64,000 bases of DNA, taken from NCBI GenBank assembly GCA_951406725.2, contig OX597821.1, positions 60,202,001-60,266,000 of the forward strand. Reading direction: 5' to 3'. The notes under the pieces were generated by a model that saw only the letters and a program-made list of their open reading frames with translations, was not told the DNA's origin and did no database searches. Source of the stretch: Octopus vulgaris. Its lineage: Eukaryota. Shown here piece after piece: positions 37,049 to 49,112 of the stretch (positions are counted from its first letter, which is position 1; the number at the start of each line of letters is the position of its first letter). Position numbers and translations under genes: made by a program.

Positions 37049-37749
37049 ATGTTACAAACAAGTTTTAACTAACTTCAGGTTCATATATATATGAACCTTC
37101 TTCTCTGCCAAGAATTCACAACAACCTCGAACCTACAAGAGTAAACAAGAGAGACAGAGACAGGCAGAAACAAGGAAAGTACTCCTTGTATTTGAATACT
37201 ATGCAAATATTCATTTAAAAAACTTTACATTTAATTTTTCCAAAATTTAATTGTTTTCCATACTTACAGTTGGAACTATGACTGAAACTGGTACTGAAAT
37301 GTTTTTTCTAAAATTATTTAGTATTTTCTACTTGGATTTTTTTTCCATATATGTGTGTGTGTGTGTATACCTACATACACACACACACATATCTGATTAC
37401 ACAGAGGGAAGAGTTTCACATGTTCATGCTGTATTGATACTTCCCATTTATAATGGCTCTAGAAGTAGTGAAGTTTTGGGTGCAAATTTAGTTAACCATC
37501 TTTGATTAATGATCTTATATGGATGATCTGTTGGGGAATACTTATTTATAAGGTATAGTGAAAGCTATGTACACTCATAATGGAGTGGTATAAGAGATTT
37601 GGCTACTGTTTCTAATAGGTCAAGAGACCATAAGGAAGTTCCAAATTGGCTTGGCAGCAGATGAGTAACCATTATATTGAGTACTCATTGACCTGGAGGA
37701 AGCTTCGTGTAGGCTGTATCCTATGACTGACAGCAATACAAACATGAGT

Positions 37750-38395
37750 TGTTACAAAAACATAGAAAAAAGCAACTACAGAAGAAATTGATGAACCAAC
37801 TTATGAAAGAAACCAATAACATTTATAGCACATTTGATTAGAAAGAAAACTAATTCAGGTGAGATACAGTTTGAATTTGTGCTAATGTGGGGTACCACTG
37901 ATGCCCTTGTCCTAGTGTAAAAACTGCAGAAGTCTGAAGTCTTAGCTGAATATAAGTCATTATACTGAACATTTGTTAACTGGGAGGAAGCCTGTTATAA
38001 AGTACTAAACACTGTAACCTGAAAGTCATTAAAATGAACTAGATGAAGACGTAAAACTTGGGAGAGAGAAAGAGAGGGAGCTGTGTAAACTATGTACTAA
38101 TATGGTATAAGCAAGGTGAAAGTTAGGAATAAGTTCAGTTAGAATATAGAATGCAGGTACATGCTGACAGGGTTTGTTCATATTCATCATAATTCTCAAG
38201 CTCATAAACAGCGGTCATTAAAATTAGCTATCTGTGAGAAATCTAAGTTAGCTGATGACATAATTCTCACAGCTGAATCTGTCAAAATTTTAAAGAGGAA
38301 ATTACAAATATTGAGTAAAAATGTTTAATTGAGTGAGTGATTTCAAAGAATACCAAGACATGATGAAAGTTTTAAAGTTTTAATCAAAGATAAAC
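37750..38395 (+). mobile_element. Highly degenerate RTE-like RT fragment
   Basis: Translation GTTDALVLV*KLQK...LAEYKSLY*TFVNWEEA aligns by eye to TTDAIFLVRQLQEKYLAKDRPLYLAFVDMEKA of the LINE at 49728-51161. Confidence 0.6.
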
Positions 38396-38397
38396 TG

Positions 38398-38720
38398 GGA
38401 CTCTGTCAGTTACAACGACAAAAGTTCCAGTTGATCTGATCGACAGAACAGCCTGCTTCTGAAATTGACATGCAAGTGGCTGCGTGTACCACAGATATGC
38501 ATATCCATAAGGCAATTCTTAGGGAGATTAAATGTAACAAAGAATGCGATGAAGCAGGCCATTTGAAATACAGGTACACACATGTTTTTTCCAACTGAGC
38601 GGACAGGAACATCATGAAATAAAGTATCTTGCTCAAGGAAGTAATGCACCATTGGGAATCGAACATATGACCTTATGGTCATGAGCCAAATACCCAAACC
38701 ACTAATCCATGCATCTTCAC
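38398..38720 (-). mobile_element. SINE family C-like
   Basis: ctctgtcagttacaacgac...ttccagttgatctgatc shared with the 30808 copy. Confidence 0.8.
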
Positions 38721-38944
38721 TTATAGTTAAAGGTAAAGAAGGCAAGTATTTCTCAGTAGTTCAGTGAGGGTGTGTGAAAACCTCTGAGTTTGCTGCCGCA
38801 CCTCTAAAACCCTACAAGCCTATACAGCAGACCAAAAGTGCTGCCCTCATAAAAGTATCATTGAAAATTTGCTGTAAATTCAAATATCAAAATATTATAC
38901 ATCATCCATTAAACATTGCTATTTACTCTATCTTCAAGAATATT

Positions 38945-39157
38945 CTTTTCTGCTCTAGGCACAAGACATGAAATTTTGGGGAAGGGGGCCAGTTGATTAG
39001 ATTGACCCCAGTACACAAGTGGTACTTAATTTATCAACCCCAGAAGGCTGAAAGGCAAAGTTGACCTTGGCAGAATTTGAACTCAGAATGTAAAGACAGA
39101 TGAAATACTGCTAAGCATTTTGCCTGGATTGCTAACGTTTCTGCCAGCTCACCGCTT
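38945..39157 (-). mobile_element. SINE family B
   Basis: gctaacgtttctgccagctcaccgc head on the minus strand. Confidence 0.88.
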
Positions 39158-39344
39158 TACTCTATTTTTCAAGATATTCCTTCAAGATATTTCCCATGTT
39201 GGTTCAGGTTCAGTCCTACTGCTTGGCATTTTGAGCCAGAGTCTTCTGCTATTCCCTGGGCCACCCAGTGCCTTGTGAGTGAATTTGGTAGATGGAAATG
39301 ATGTGGAAGTCCATCATATAAAATCTCTATTTTTTAAAAAAATC

Positions 39345-39632
39345 TTTTACTTGTTTCAGTCATTGGACTGTAGCCATGCTGGAAAACTGCCTTGAAGGGT
39401 TTTAGTCAAAAAGGATTGATCTCAGTATTGATTTTTAAAATCTGGCACTTACTCTGTCAGTCTCTTTTGCTGAACCACAAGGATTATAGGGATGTAAACA
39501 TACTAACATCAGCTGTCAGGCAGTTGTAGGTGACAATTACAAACACAAAGACACAGACAGACACACATACACAGGCACACACACACATATACAATGGGCT
39601 TCTTTCAGTTTCTGTCTACCAAATCCACTCAC
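39345..39632 (-). mobile_element. SINE family A, 5'-truncated
   Basis: cttttacttgtttcagtcattggactg...ctaccaaatccactcaca. Confidence 0.85.
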
Positions 39633-39792
39633 AATGTGTCACACTGTGGGTTTCTGATAGATATTCATGTCAATGTGTGTGGGACTGTCTGCTGTGTATG
39701 TACGAGTGTATATGTGTGTTTGCATGCGATATCACACACACACACACACGTATATATGTATGTATGTGTGTGTGTGTAGATATATATACTCA

Positions 39793-39954
39793 TGGAGTGG
39801 TTGGCGTTAGGAAGGGCATCTAGCTGTAAAAACACTGCCAGATCAGACTGGAGCCTGGTGCAGCCTCATGGCTTCCCAGACCCCAGTCGAACCGTCCAAC
39901 CCGTGCTAGCACGGAAAACAGACGTTAAACGATGATGATGATGATGATGATGAT
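39793..39954 (+). mobile_element. RTE-LINE 3' tail
   Basis: ggagtggttggcgttaggaagggcatc...gttaaac(gat)n. Confidence 0.9.
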
Positions 39955-40564
39955 ATATGCATGAAAAGAGTGTGTTAAATCTTTATATATTGATCCTTAG
40001 CATATGTTATAAATAAATAAATTGTCCTAAGCTTTGTGTGTGTGTGTCTTTTGTGTATGTGATTGATTGTATGTGTGTGTGTGTGTTTGCTATGTCATAT
40101 ATGTGGATAAGGAAAAGGAGTGTGCTACAATTTTTGTGAGCACACATATGTTAAACCTTTCTGAAGTGTTTAAATCTTAGTATATATATTTATATACTCC
40201 TACATAATGCTTGGTGTATATGTTCCTGAATATAATGGGAATTTCAGACAGTCTGTAAATACCACTGCTGACATCATTTCAAGATTGAGTAGATTCACTA
40301 GGAGTGGTAAGTGAATGAACCAGGTTATAGATGTTTAACAAAACAAGTAACCCAGCCAGCTAACACAGAAAAAACCCAGTCAACAAAGTGGGTTTCTTTT
40401 TTTAGTGCTGTTGTTTACTGGGAATTTTTTATCACCAAATCTCTTGCTTTTGGAGTTTAGGTCAGCCAATTGAAATAGTGTAGTAGTATAGAGAAATCAA
40501 GAGGAAGACATTATATCTCAGCTATAGCTGATTTTCCACTGGCTTACAGCTTTCACATGCTTGC

Positions 40565-40620
<56 letters not shown>

Positions 40621-40648
40621 ATATGTATACATATACATATATATATAC

Positions 40649-40703
<55 letters not shown>

Positions 40704-40766
40704 CATATATGTGTGTGTGTGCATATATACATCACTTATGTACACACCTTGTATACATATACCACG

Positions 40767-40815
<49 letters not shown>

Positions 40816-40924
40816 ATGAAATACAAATATATAAATATTTGAGACAATCACTTATATAAACACACACAAATACACACACACCATCATCGTAAACATTTTT
40901 AGTTTTGTCCATCCACTTTCCATG

Positions 40925-40955
<31 letters not shown>

Positions 40956-41154
40956 TATATGTATATATATATATCTGTATGTATGTATGTATGTATGTAT
41001 ATATATATGTATACATACATATATGTATGTATGTATATATATGTATACATACATGTATGTATGTATGTATACATACATGTATGTATGTATGTATGTATAC
41101 ATATATGTCTGCTATAATGAATCCATAAACACATATAAAACATCCAAAGGTATA

Positions 41155-41310
41155 ATTTTTTTCCTCTGCAGCTATTATGCTCAGGTCATATAAATTTAAT
41201 ATTTACTGAGGATTAATTGAAACAGCTGTAAGGGATGATGATTAATTTGCTGTTAATAATAAACAATTATTAACTTTCCAATCTCCATTTTCTTTTGCTT
41301 CTCTTATATA
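41155..41310 (+). ncRNA. Degenerate paralogue of the 43598 hammerhead element
   Basis: aattGAAACAGCTGTAagggat and the downstream ...atctccattttct are shared with 43664-43732. The CUGAUGA box has decayed to ctgcagc. Confidence 0.5.
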
Positions 41311-41925
41311 TGCGCATGTGTATGTATGTGAGTATCTATATATATTTATATATACACACACCTACATATCACACATCCACACACACATTTACATATATAC
41401 AAGATACACTTAACTATATATATTAAAGACATATTTCATATACAAACATCACATTTTCTTTATTGGTTTTGCTTGAGGAAGAGAGGGCTATGCCCTATGG
41501 CCTTTGCAAGCCTGCCAAAACTGCAGACGTATATGTACAATGTATCTATATACAATTAATAAGTTAGATGTAAGACATACAATCATTGAACATCCATTTA
41601 CATATAAATATGCATGTACACACATACTTTATATATGTATATTAGATATACATATTTTGCATATATATATATATTTTAGACATTCATGTGTATGTATGTA
41701 TGTATGTATGTATATGTGTTTATGTGTTTATGTATATATATATATGTATTAGATATAGTATATCTATATGCACTATTGGCAGAGAAAAAAATGACCATCC
41801 AGAAATATAACAAGTTATGTGTGTGTGTGTGTGTATGTATGTATATGTTTGTGTATGTGTGTGTGTATATATATATATGATATAATATATATATGTATAC
41901 ATATATATATAATATATATATGTAT

Positions 41926-41966
<41 letters not shown>

Positions 41967-42059
41967 AGCACCACCCCCCTTTCCAATGGACAGTGCTGAG
42001 TTGTCAAACATTTAAACCAAATTTTCTCAAAACAACTTGTCCGACTGTCCCATAGGCCT

Positions 42060-42725
42060 CCCCTTTCAGAAACACTGATTTAACCTAAATTTGAAACGCT
42101 AACAAAAGAAGAAATAAAGGTAGACTTTTTTCTATTCTAAAGAAAAACGATTTTATTCACACAAATATGCAACCGAAAAGTTTAAAGTACCAATAATCAT
42201 AATGCTGTTGACTGGGAGAACACAAACATGGTTTAAATAGTTCTTTTTCATTAAAAAATATTTAAGCATGCCTTTATTTCAATAAAATTTTTGGTTTTGT
42301 TAAACACAGTTAAGGCAAGAAAAAAACTTCTTGAGAAACCAAATAGTCTTTCCTTCCTTCATGACAAGTTTGAAGAAAATATCTCTTTTGCATCTTACTT
42401 TTTTGGTCTCTTAAATATACTGCATTTTGTGGCATTATTTCAAGCCAGCTGGCTTTTTTTGCACAAACTGCATGTGCATTTTTCTCACGTATGCGTAGTA
42501 TTGATCGCAACAGCTGATGTACTTGCGCATATAAATGCACATTCTCACAGCTTTATCGATCGCATTCTCACCTGGAATTGATTTTTGTAATTTTTTAAGA
42601 CTTATACATGCCCTGATACCGTTGGTATCTACATATCAAATTTGAGCGCAATTGGATGGAGGATGCCCGAGATCCTTGAAGACACACACACAGACAGACA
42701 GAATGGATTTTATATAATATATATA
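42060..42725 (+). mobile_element. Possible non-autonomous Helitron-like (Lep1/HINE-type) element
   Basis: End region caaatttgagcgcaattggatg...acacacagacagacagaatggattttatata resembles the microsatellite-bearing 3' ends of such elements. Left boundary uncertain. Confidence 0.35.
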
Positions 42726-43504
42726 TATATATATTATATAAAATTTGAAAAATCTACCAGAATGGACGAAAGCGCTAATATATGATATAAGTTAAATGAT
42801 GTATAAAAACATGTAATAGACAAATATATATATATATATATATTGTAAATATATATTAGATATTTGCTTTAAATCGTAACCTGTATATACATGAAACACC
42901 TACTAACCTATATAGAACATCACACAAATACACCCACATGCAGACTTGCCAAAAACAGTACACAGGCCCAACCCCTCCTCAACTCATCCCATTTAGAAAA
43001 ATGACTCTGTGATAGGGGTGGAATATAAAGGGTCTGTAGTATAAGTGTACACGTCTGTATGAATGCCTGTGCGCACATGTGCCCATGTGTGTGTGTGCAC
43101 ATGTGTCTTATCTCAGCTATTCAGTTATCAGCTAAAGGGTATGCTACCCAGTTTTCACCGCAGAGATTTAGCTATCAACATCTGTGTGTCCGTGTACAAA
43201 AGCATATCATATACATACATGCATACACACACATCATCATCATCGTCACCATCAACATCATCATTTAGCATCTGCTTTCTCTGCTGGCATTGGTTAGATG
43301 GTGTGACCGGAACTGGTAAGCCAGAGAGTTTTACCAAGGTCCAGTTTGGTTTTGGTTTGGTTTCTCCAACTGGATGCCCTTTTTAATGCTAACCATTACA
43401 AGAGTGTAGTTGGTTCCTTTTACATATCACTAGCACTGTCCACAACTATAATTTCACTTGGCCGGATGAATCTTCTCAATCACTGCAAATCACCAAAAGT
43501 CTCA

Positions 43505-43544
<40 letters not shown>

Positions 43545-43597
43545 TCTGCTGAGATGATTTGAGAACACAATACCTAATAACCTATTGGTATATCTTT

Positions 43598-43690
43598 TCT
43601 ATCCCTCTGATGAGATTTTGTCTAATACAATGGTTTAATTATTGTAATTTAATCTTTAGGCTAAATTGAAACAGCTGTAAGAGAATATGT
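43598..43690 (+). ncRNA. Minimal type I hammerhead ribozyme motif (Penelope/retrozyme type)
   Basis: atccct-CTGATGA-G-attttgtctaa...ttaggctaaat-T-GAAA-CAGCTG-TA-agaga: intact core, long stem II, palindromic stem III, GUA cleavage triplet, imperfect stem I. Confidence 0.7.
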
Positions 43691-43738
43691 TGCAGTTAAT
43701 AAATTATATTAATGCTACATCTCCATTTTCTAAATTTT

Positions 43739-43780
<42 letters not shown>

Positions 43781-43842
43781 GCACAAATATATACATATAT
43801 GTGTGTGTGTTTGTGTGCATGCATGTATGTGCATATGTATAC

Positions 43843-44046
43843 TCTTTTACTTGTTTCAGTCATTTGACTGCGGCCATGCTGGAGCACCGCCTTTAGTCGA
43901 GCAAATCGACCCCGGGACTTATTCTTTGTAAGCCCAGTACTTATTCTATCAGTCTCTTTTGCCGAACCGCTAAGTGACGGGGACGTAAACACACCAGCAT
44001 CGGTTGTCAAGCAATGCTAGGGAGATAAACACACACGCAAACACAT

Positions 44047-44117
<71 letters not shown>

Positions 44118-44272
44118 CATATATACGACAGGCTTCTTTCAGTTTCCGTCTATCAAATCCAGTCACAAGGCATTGGCCGGCCCGGGGCTATTTGCCCAAG
44201 ATGCCATGCAGTGGGACTGAACCCGGAACCATGTGGTTGGTTAGCAAGCTACTTACCACACAGCCACTCCTA
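43843..44272 (-). mobile_element. SINE family A, young full-length copy
   Basis: CpG-rich, complete head, microsatellite and tail. Confidence 0.92.
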
Positions 44273-44520
44273 TATATGATACAAAAATATGCACACTCAT
44301 GTATCCTAGAGTGGACACACTATTTTAGAGTGCATATTTGGCATTAACATCAGGCTTTTGAATATAGTAATTATTATTTACTGTGTTTTTGTATGTGTAT
44401 GTGTGTGCATATCTTATGATTTTACCAAACCATAGTGATACCAATAACTTGTTAGAACTCAATATACACATACTTTAGAGTAAAATATTAGGTAAGTGCA
44501 AAGCATAATCTTAAATATTG

Positions 44521-44680
44521 AATGACAAGAGAATAGGAGTCACATAATCAACTTCATTAGCTTGTAGTTGTTTCTGCTACAAAAAGAGCATTCTCAGAAC
44601 TGAGTGTTTGGTAACATCCTATAGCAGAATTAACTGTAAGCTAATAAAGGTGATTATGTGACTGCTGTTCTCTTGTCATT
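44521..44680. mobile_element. Fold-back element with a degenerate hammerhead-like core
   Basis: Arms aatgacaagagaa...gtcacataatca / tgattatgtgac...ttctcttgtcatt. Minus strand reads CTGAGAA-tgct-ctttttgt-agca-GAAA-caac. Confidence 0.65.
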
Positions 44681-44683
44681 AGT

Positions 44684-44745
<62 letters not shown>

Positions 44746-44861
44746 GTTTTTACATAGTTTTATGTAATACCATACTTTTTTGTCTTGCACCATTCTCAAT
44801 GCTTGTCAACACTTAAAGGTTAATAAAGAAAATCTTATTATTATTATTAATATTCTTCTTC

Positions 44862-44924
<63 letters not shown>

Positions 44925-46015
44925 CCTTCTTTCAATTCTGTTTCCATTTCTTGCCGAGTGTCTTCCTGAAACCTAGGGCAGAGAAACTCACTGTATACAT
45001 TGTTAGGCCATTCAAATAAAGACACCAGATTATTCATTTACAGAGTAATGTGATAGAGAAAAGGGGGAAGAAAGACAGAGAAAAAGGAAAAAAGAAAACA
45101 ATGAAAAAGTAAACAAAGAAACTAAAGGGGGGGAAAAAGGAAAGAAAATTCACAGCAATAATGCTCTTCTCAGTGCTTGTGACATACCAGTTAAGACAAT
45201 CTTTTGCACTTCCTAAATACATGGTTAGCCAGGGATCATTCTCAAATAATTTTCAGTTTTTTTTAATCATTCCAAGTGCTCCTACAATCACTGGTATTGT
45301 AACTGTCTTGAGATGCCACATCTTTTCGGTTTTGATTAGCAAATCTTTACATTTTCTGAGCTTATCAAATTCTTTTGCCAGGATATTATGATCACAAGGT
45401 ATGCTCATGTCAATCAATAAGCAAAATTTATTGTTTTGGTCTTTCACAACAATATCTGGTTTATTAGCTCTGATGGTCTGGTCTGTACATACTGGAAAGT
45501 CCCAAAGAATCATTACATTTCCTCCCTCAGTTACAGCCTCAGCTTGTACCATTTGTCAGTAGTTTTGATTTTATAATGCCAACATGTCATCCAGTGTAGA
45601 TATTGACCAACCCTGTTACATCTTGATTTATACTCTACACCCAGAGATTATGTGGTCCACAGAGATAAAACCTTACACCCAGAGATTATGTGGTCCACTG
45701 TTTCAATCCCATCGTTGCAGTATTAGCACTTTGGGTCTACTCCATTTTTCATCATATTGGTTTGATAGTTCCAGGTAAATAAACTCTGACCTTGAGCAGC
45801 CAAGATAAAGCCTTCACTCTGAGCTTCATAGCCACTGATGGGTGTGCTTCTGGTCTACATCAGCTTATTTGTTACAGGACATACAGAGGTTTTTGTTTCC
45901 ACCTATCAGCCAATTGTTTAAATGCATTTTGCTTTGCTTTTGATTTCGCCTTTTTTGCAACTACAGTTGCTGCACTTCCATCATGCTGTTCAACCTGAGT
46001 ATCATATCATTTAAC
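44925..46015 (-). mobile_element. R4/Dong-clade LINE 3' fragment (restriction-like endonuclease)
   Basis: ILWDFPVCTDQTIRANKPDIVVKD...CLLIDMSIP...KEFDKLRK...VIVGALG. (ATT)n on both sides. Confidence 0.88.
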
Positions 46016-46049
46016 CAGGGTATTGTTATTATTATTATTATTATTAGCT

Positions 46050-46235
46050 TACTCGACAAAGTGCTTAGCAGCATTTCATTTATCTTTACATTCTGAGTTT
46101 AAATTCCTCCAAGATCAACTCTGCCCCTCCTCATCCTTTCAGGGTCAATGAAATTAGTACCACTTAAGCACTTGGGTCAATGTAATCAACTAGTTCTTCC
46201 CACAAAATTTCAGACCTTGTGCCTATAGTAGAACG
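46050..46235 (+). mobile_element. SINE family B, degenerate
   Basis: tgcttagcagcatttc...ttctgagtttaaattcc...catcctttcagggtc. Confidence 0.75.
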
Positions 46236-46841
46236 GATCCTCCTCTTCCTTGTCATCATTATTATTATCATTATTACCATCATTAATATTATTGTTATAG
46301 ATCTTTGTCAGTAAAATGTTCAATATCTTTTCAAGTATTTTACTTAGGTTCTATAAAGAAAATAAAAAAATTCCATGAATTTCCTTCAGACTGGAATCAT
46401 TTCCATCTTTAATTAAATATCTTATCTCACAAAATGTTTAACGAATAATTCACAATCTATGTCATGCTGATGATTTCTAAATAGAATGAAACAGTACTAA
46501 ACATGATTACCAATGACTAAAAATTTTAAGAACTTCACATCAGGTAAACCAAAAAATAACAATACTAAATATGTGAATTCTATGCATGTTTTTCCTTGTA
46601 ACTTTTAATTTCAGTTTCAAATTTCTTATCCTGCTTTGTATTATGATGAAATGATTATCTCCCTTATAATAGCTGGGACCATAAGAGGGACGATATATAT
46701 TAATTTTCTGGTCAGATTTTTTTTCTATGTAAAAGTTTGGTTCTTTGCAATTTCTATAATTTCCGATTGTTTTTAATTTGTAATGTCTGGTTTAATTCTT
46801 AGAATGTTATTACTTTCTGAATTGTTCCAGTGTTGTGCTTG

Positions 46842-46878
<37 letters not shown>

Positions 46879-47569
46879 CATGCTTGTGAGTGTGTGTGCA
46901 TGCAGAAGGAGTTAAAATAGATACTTCCTCAGAAGAAAGAGACTAGCTATATGATACACTTGTGTCAAAAAGTGTGCCACTCTTAGGCAAGAGAAGCTGG
47001 TGAAAACTCAAATATTCTGAAGTGGAACTAGATGAAAAGTTTTACACAGGATGTACGCCGTCTGTTTAAAGCTTAAAGACTGAATTCAGGTCATATAACA
47101 AAATGAGTCACCAAGTATTGTTTATAAATGTTAAGTTATAAGAAGTAATGATAGGAAAGAAAAGACTGATTTTGGATCATTAAGGTTCCATGGAAAGATA
47201 TTCAGAGTTGCAATAAAGACAAGAAAAAAAAGCAGAGAAAAATCAAGGAATACAAGAAATAAGAACTGGAATAAGATAGCTAGAATTCACTAAGGAAATA
47301 ATTAGATCAAATTATAAAGGAGTATTCTACCAGATATAAGTGATGTCTATAGAAAAACTTGAATCAGTTTTATTTCTATAAATGTTGACATTTGTCTTTT
47401 TATTCTTCTAATGTCTTTCCTTCCTCCTTTAAAGGCATTATTAAGATTACTTTGTAAGATTTTATACATCCATCTATATTTGTCTGTCTATCTGTTTCTG
47501 TCTCTCTCTCTCTCTACATATATATGTATGTGTGCCAGCATGGAAGACATATGTTTAAAGGATGATTGA

Positions 47570-47621
<52 letters not shown>

Positions 47622-47624
47622 ATT

Positions 47625-49000
47625 GAATACACATTAAGAAAGAGTCACTAATAGTTTCATGCTTTTATGATACTTTAAATAAGGAGATTTAAAAAAACAC
47701 ACCATGTATCTCTGAGCAATCTTTCAGGCTCTGTTTTATGTGCTAAATATATTTTAAAACCCAGGATGCTGGATAGTGGAAAAATAAGAAAAATGAGAAG
47801 AAAAGCATGAAGAAGGTTGATGCAAAAAATGGAACAAGAAATGAAAGCAAGAAAATGAAGATCCCCATCCTCCCTGATTGCAGAAACCACAATTAATTTA
47901 GGTGGTGTAGAACAATATAACAGAAAAAAATGCCAAAGTTTGTAAGACAACAATTCAACCTGGAGGAGGTGGGCATCCTCCAATTCAACAAAAGATACCT
48001 GTCAATGTGTTTGCACCTTCTAAAAATTTCATATCTGGAATTAAGCAGTGTGGAGAAATTCTTGGATTTAAGAAAAATGTGAGATCTTTCTGCTATATAT
48101 AAATTGCATTTTTTAAATAGCTCCATTAGCATATGGCTTGAATTCCTCCACGATTCTCTGCTTGATTGTATGTGGTGTAGAGTTGGTCTTCAAACCCCAT
48201 ACATGGCTAGCCAACATGGTTGCATTACTTTTATCAATGTGCCAGGAAGATAGGTGGTTTGCTTAACGTTTTTTGAAATTGCCTTCACATAACCTGATGT
48301 AATTCTTCTTTTCTTGATGTATTGTTGTTACTTCTACCTCATATATGATGGAGTTTAATCATACTGGTCGAGTGGGCAAGCTTCAGCAACTCAACGATTA
48401 CAACCAGGAGTGAGCTCTCTGTGATGTTCACAAGTTATAATGTTCTTTATATTAGGGCTGCAGCTGCATGATATTTTGAGCATGTATTAAAAATCCTCCT
48501 GTATTTGTGATTTATTAGAAAATACTTATCTAAGAGAGAGAGGAATTTATTGCCTATTTTAGTTTTAACATTTAGGTAGTGGGTGAATCAAATTATTTTC
48601 TTAGTTCTGTTTTTATGATATCCATTTTTACTTGAAGGATTGTAATGAAAGATTTGGTATTCTATTACAAATGTTAGCTATCAGGTTTTTAAACACTATA
48701 CGGGTGTGACTGGACTGTTTATGTCTATATGAGAGTTTCTCATTTGGTTTATGATACAGTTTATAAGAGTGAGAGTTTAGATAAAGACAAGCTTCTAAAA
48801 AAAATCGACTTTTGTCAGATTAGTAGTTACAGTGATTTTAAGTCCTAATTGACTAACAGTATCAATAAGTTTTTTTCCTAAATTTAACAAGACCATGACC
48901 TTCACAATCACAAGATATTCCCAACCCATCATCTTAGTATAGACCAACATTGTAGGATGAGAACTTGGATCTCAATGTATTTAATATAAAGAGATCCACA
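47625..49000 (-). mobile_element. Penelope-like element 3' relic (GIY-YIG C-terminus plus pLTR with hammerhead-like motif)
   Basis: KCNLYIAERSHI...LLNSRYEIFRRCKHIDRYLL matches the CxLCxxEK...LNKRSE...CRH end of PLE endonucleases. Hammerhead-like motif at 47641-47732. Upstream boundary uncertain. Confidence 0.7.
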
Positions 49001-49112
49001 AGATCATAGATGCAATAAATCCACCATGAATTATAAATTTTACTGAACAAGAATCTCCATGGAATAATATGAGGTACAAAAACATCACAAAAATACAAAC
49101 ATATATATATAT

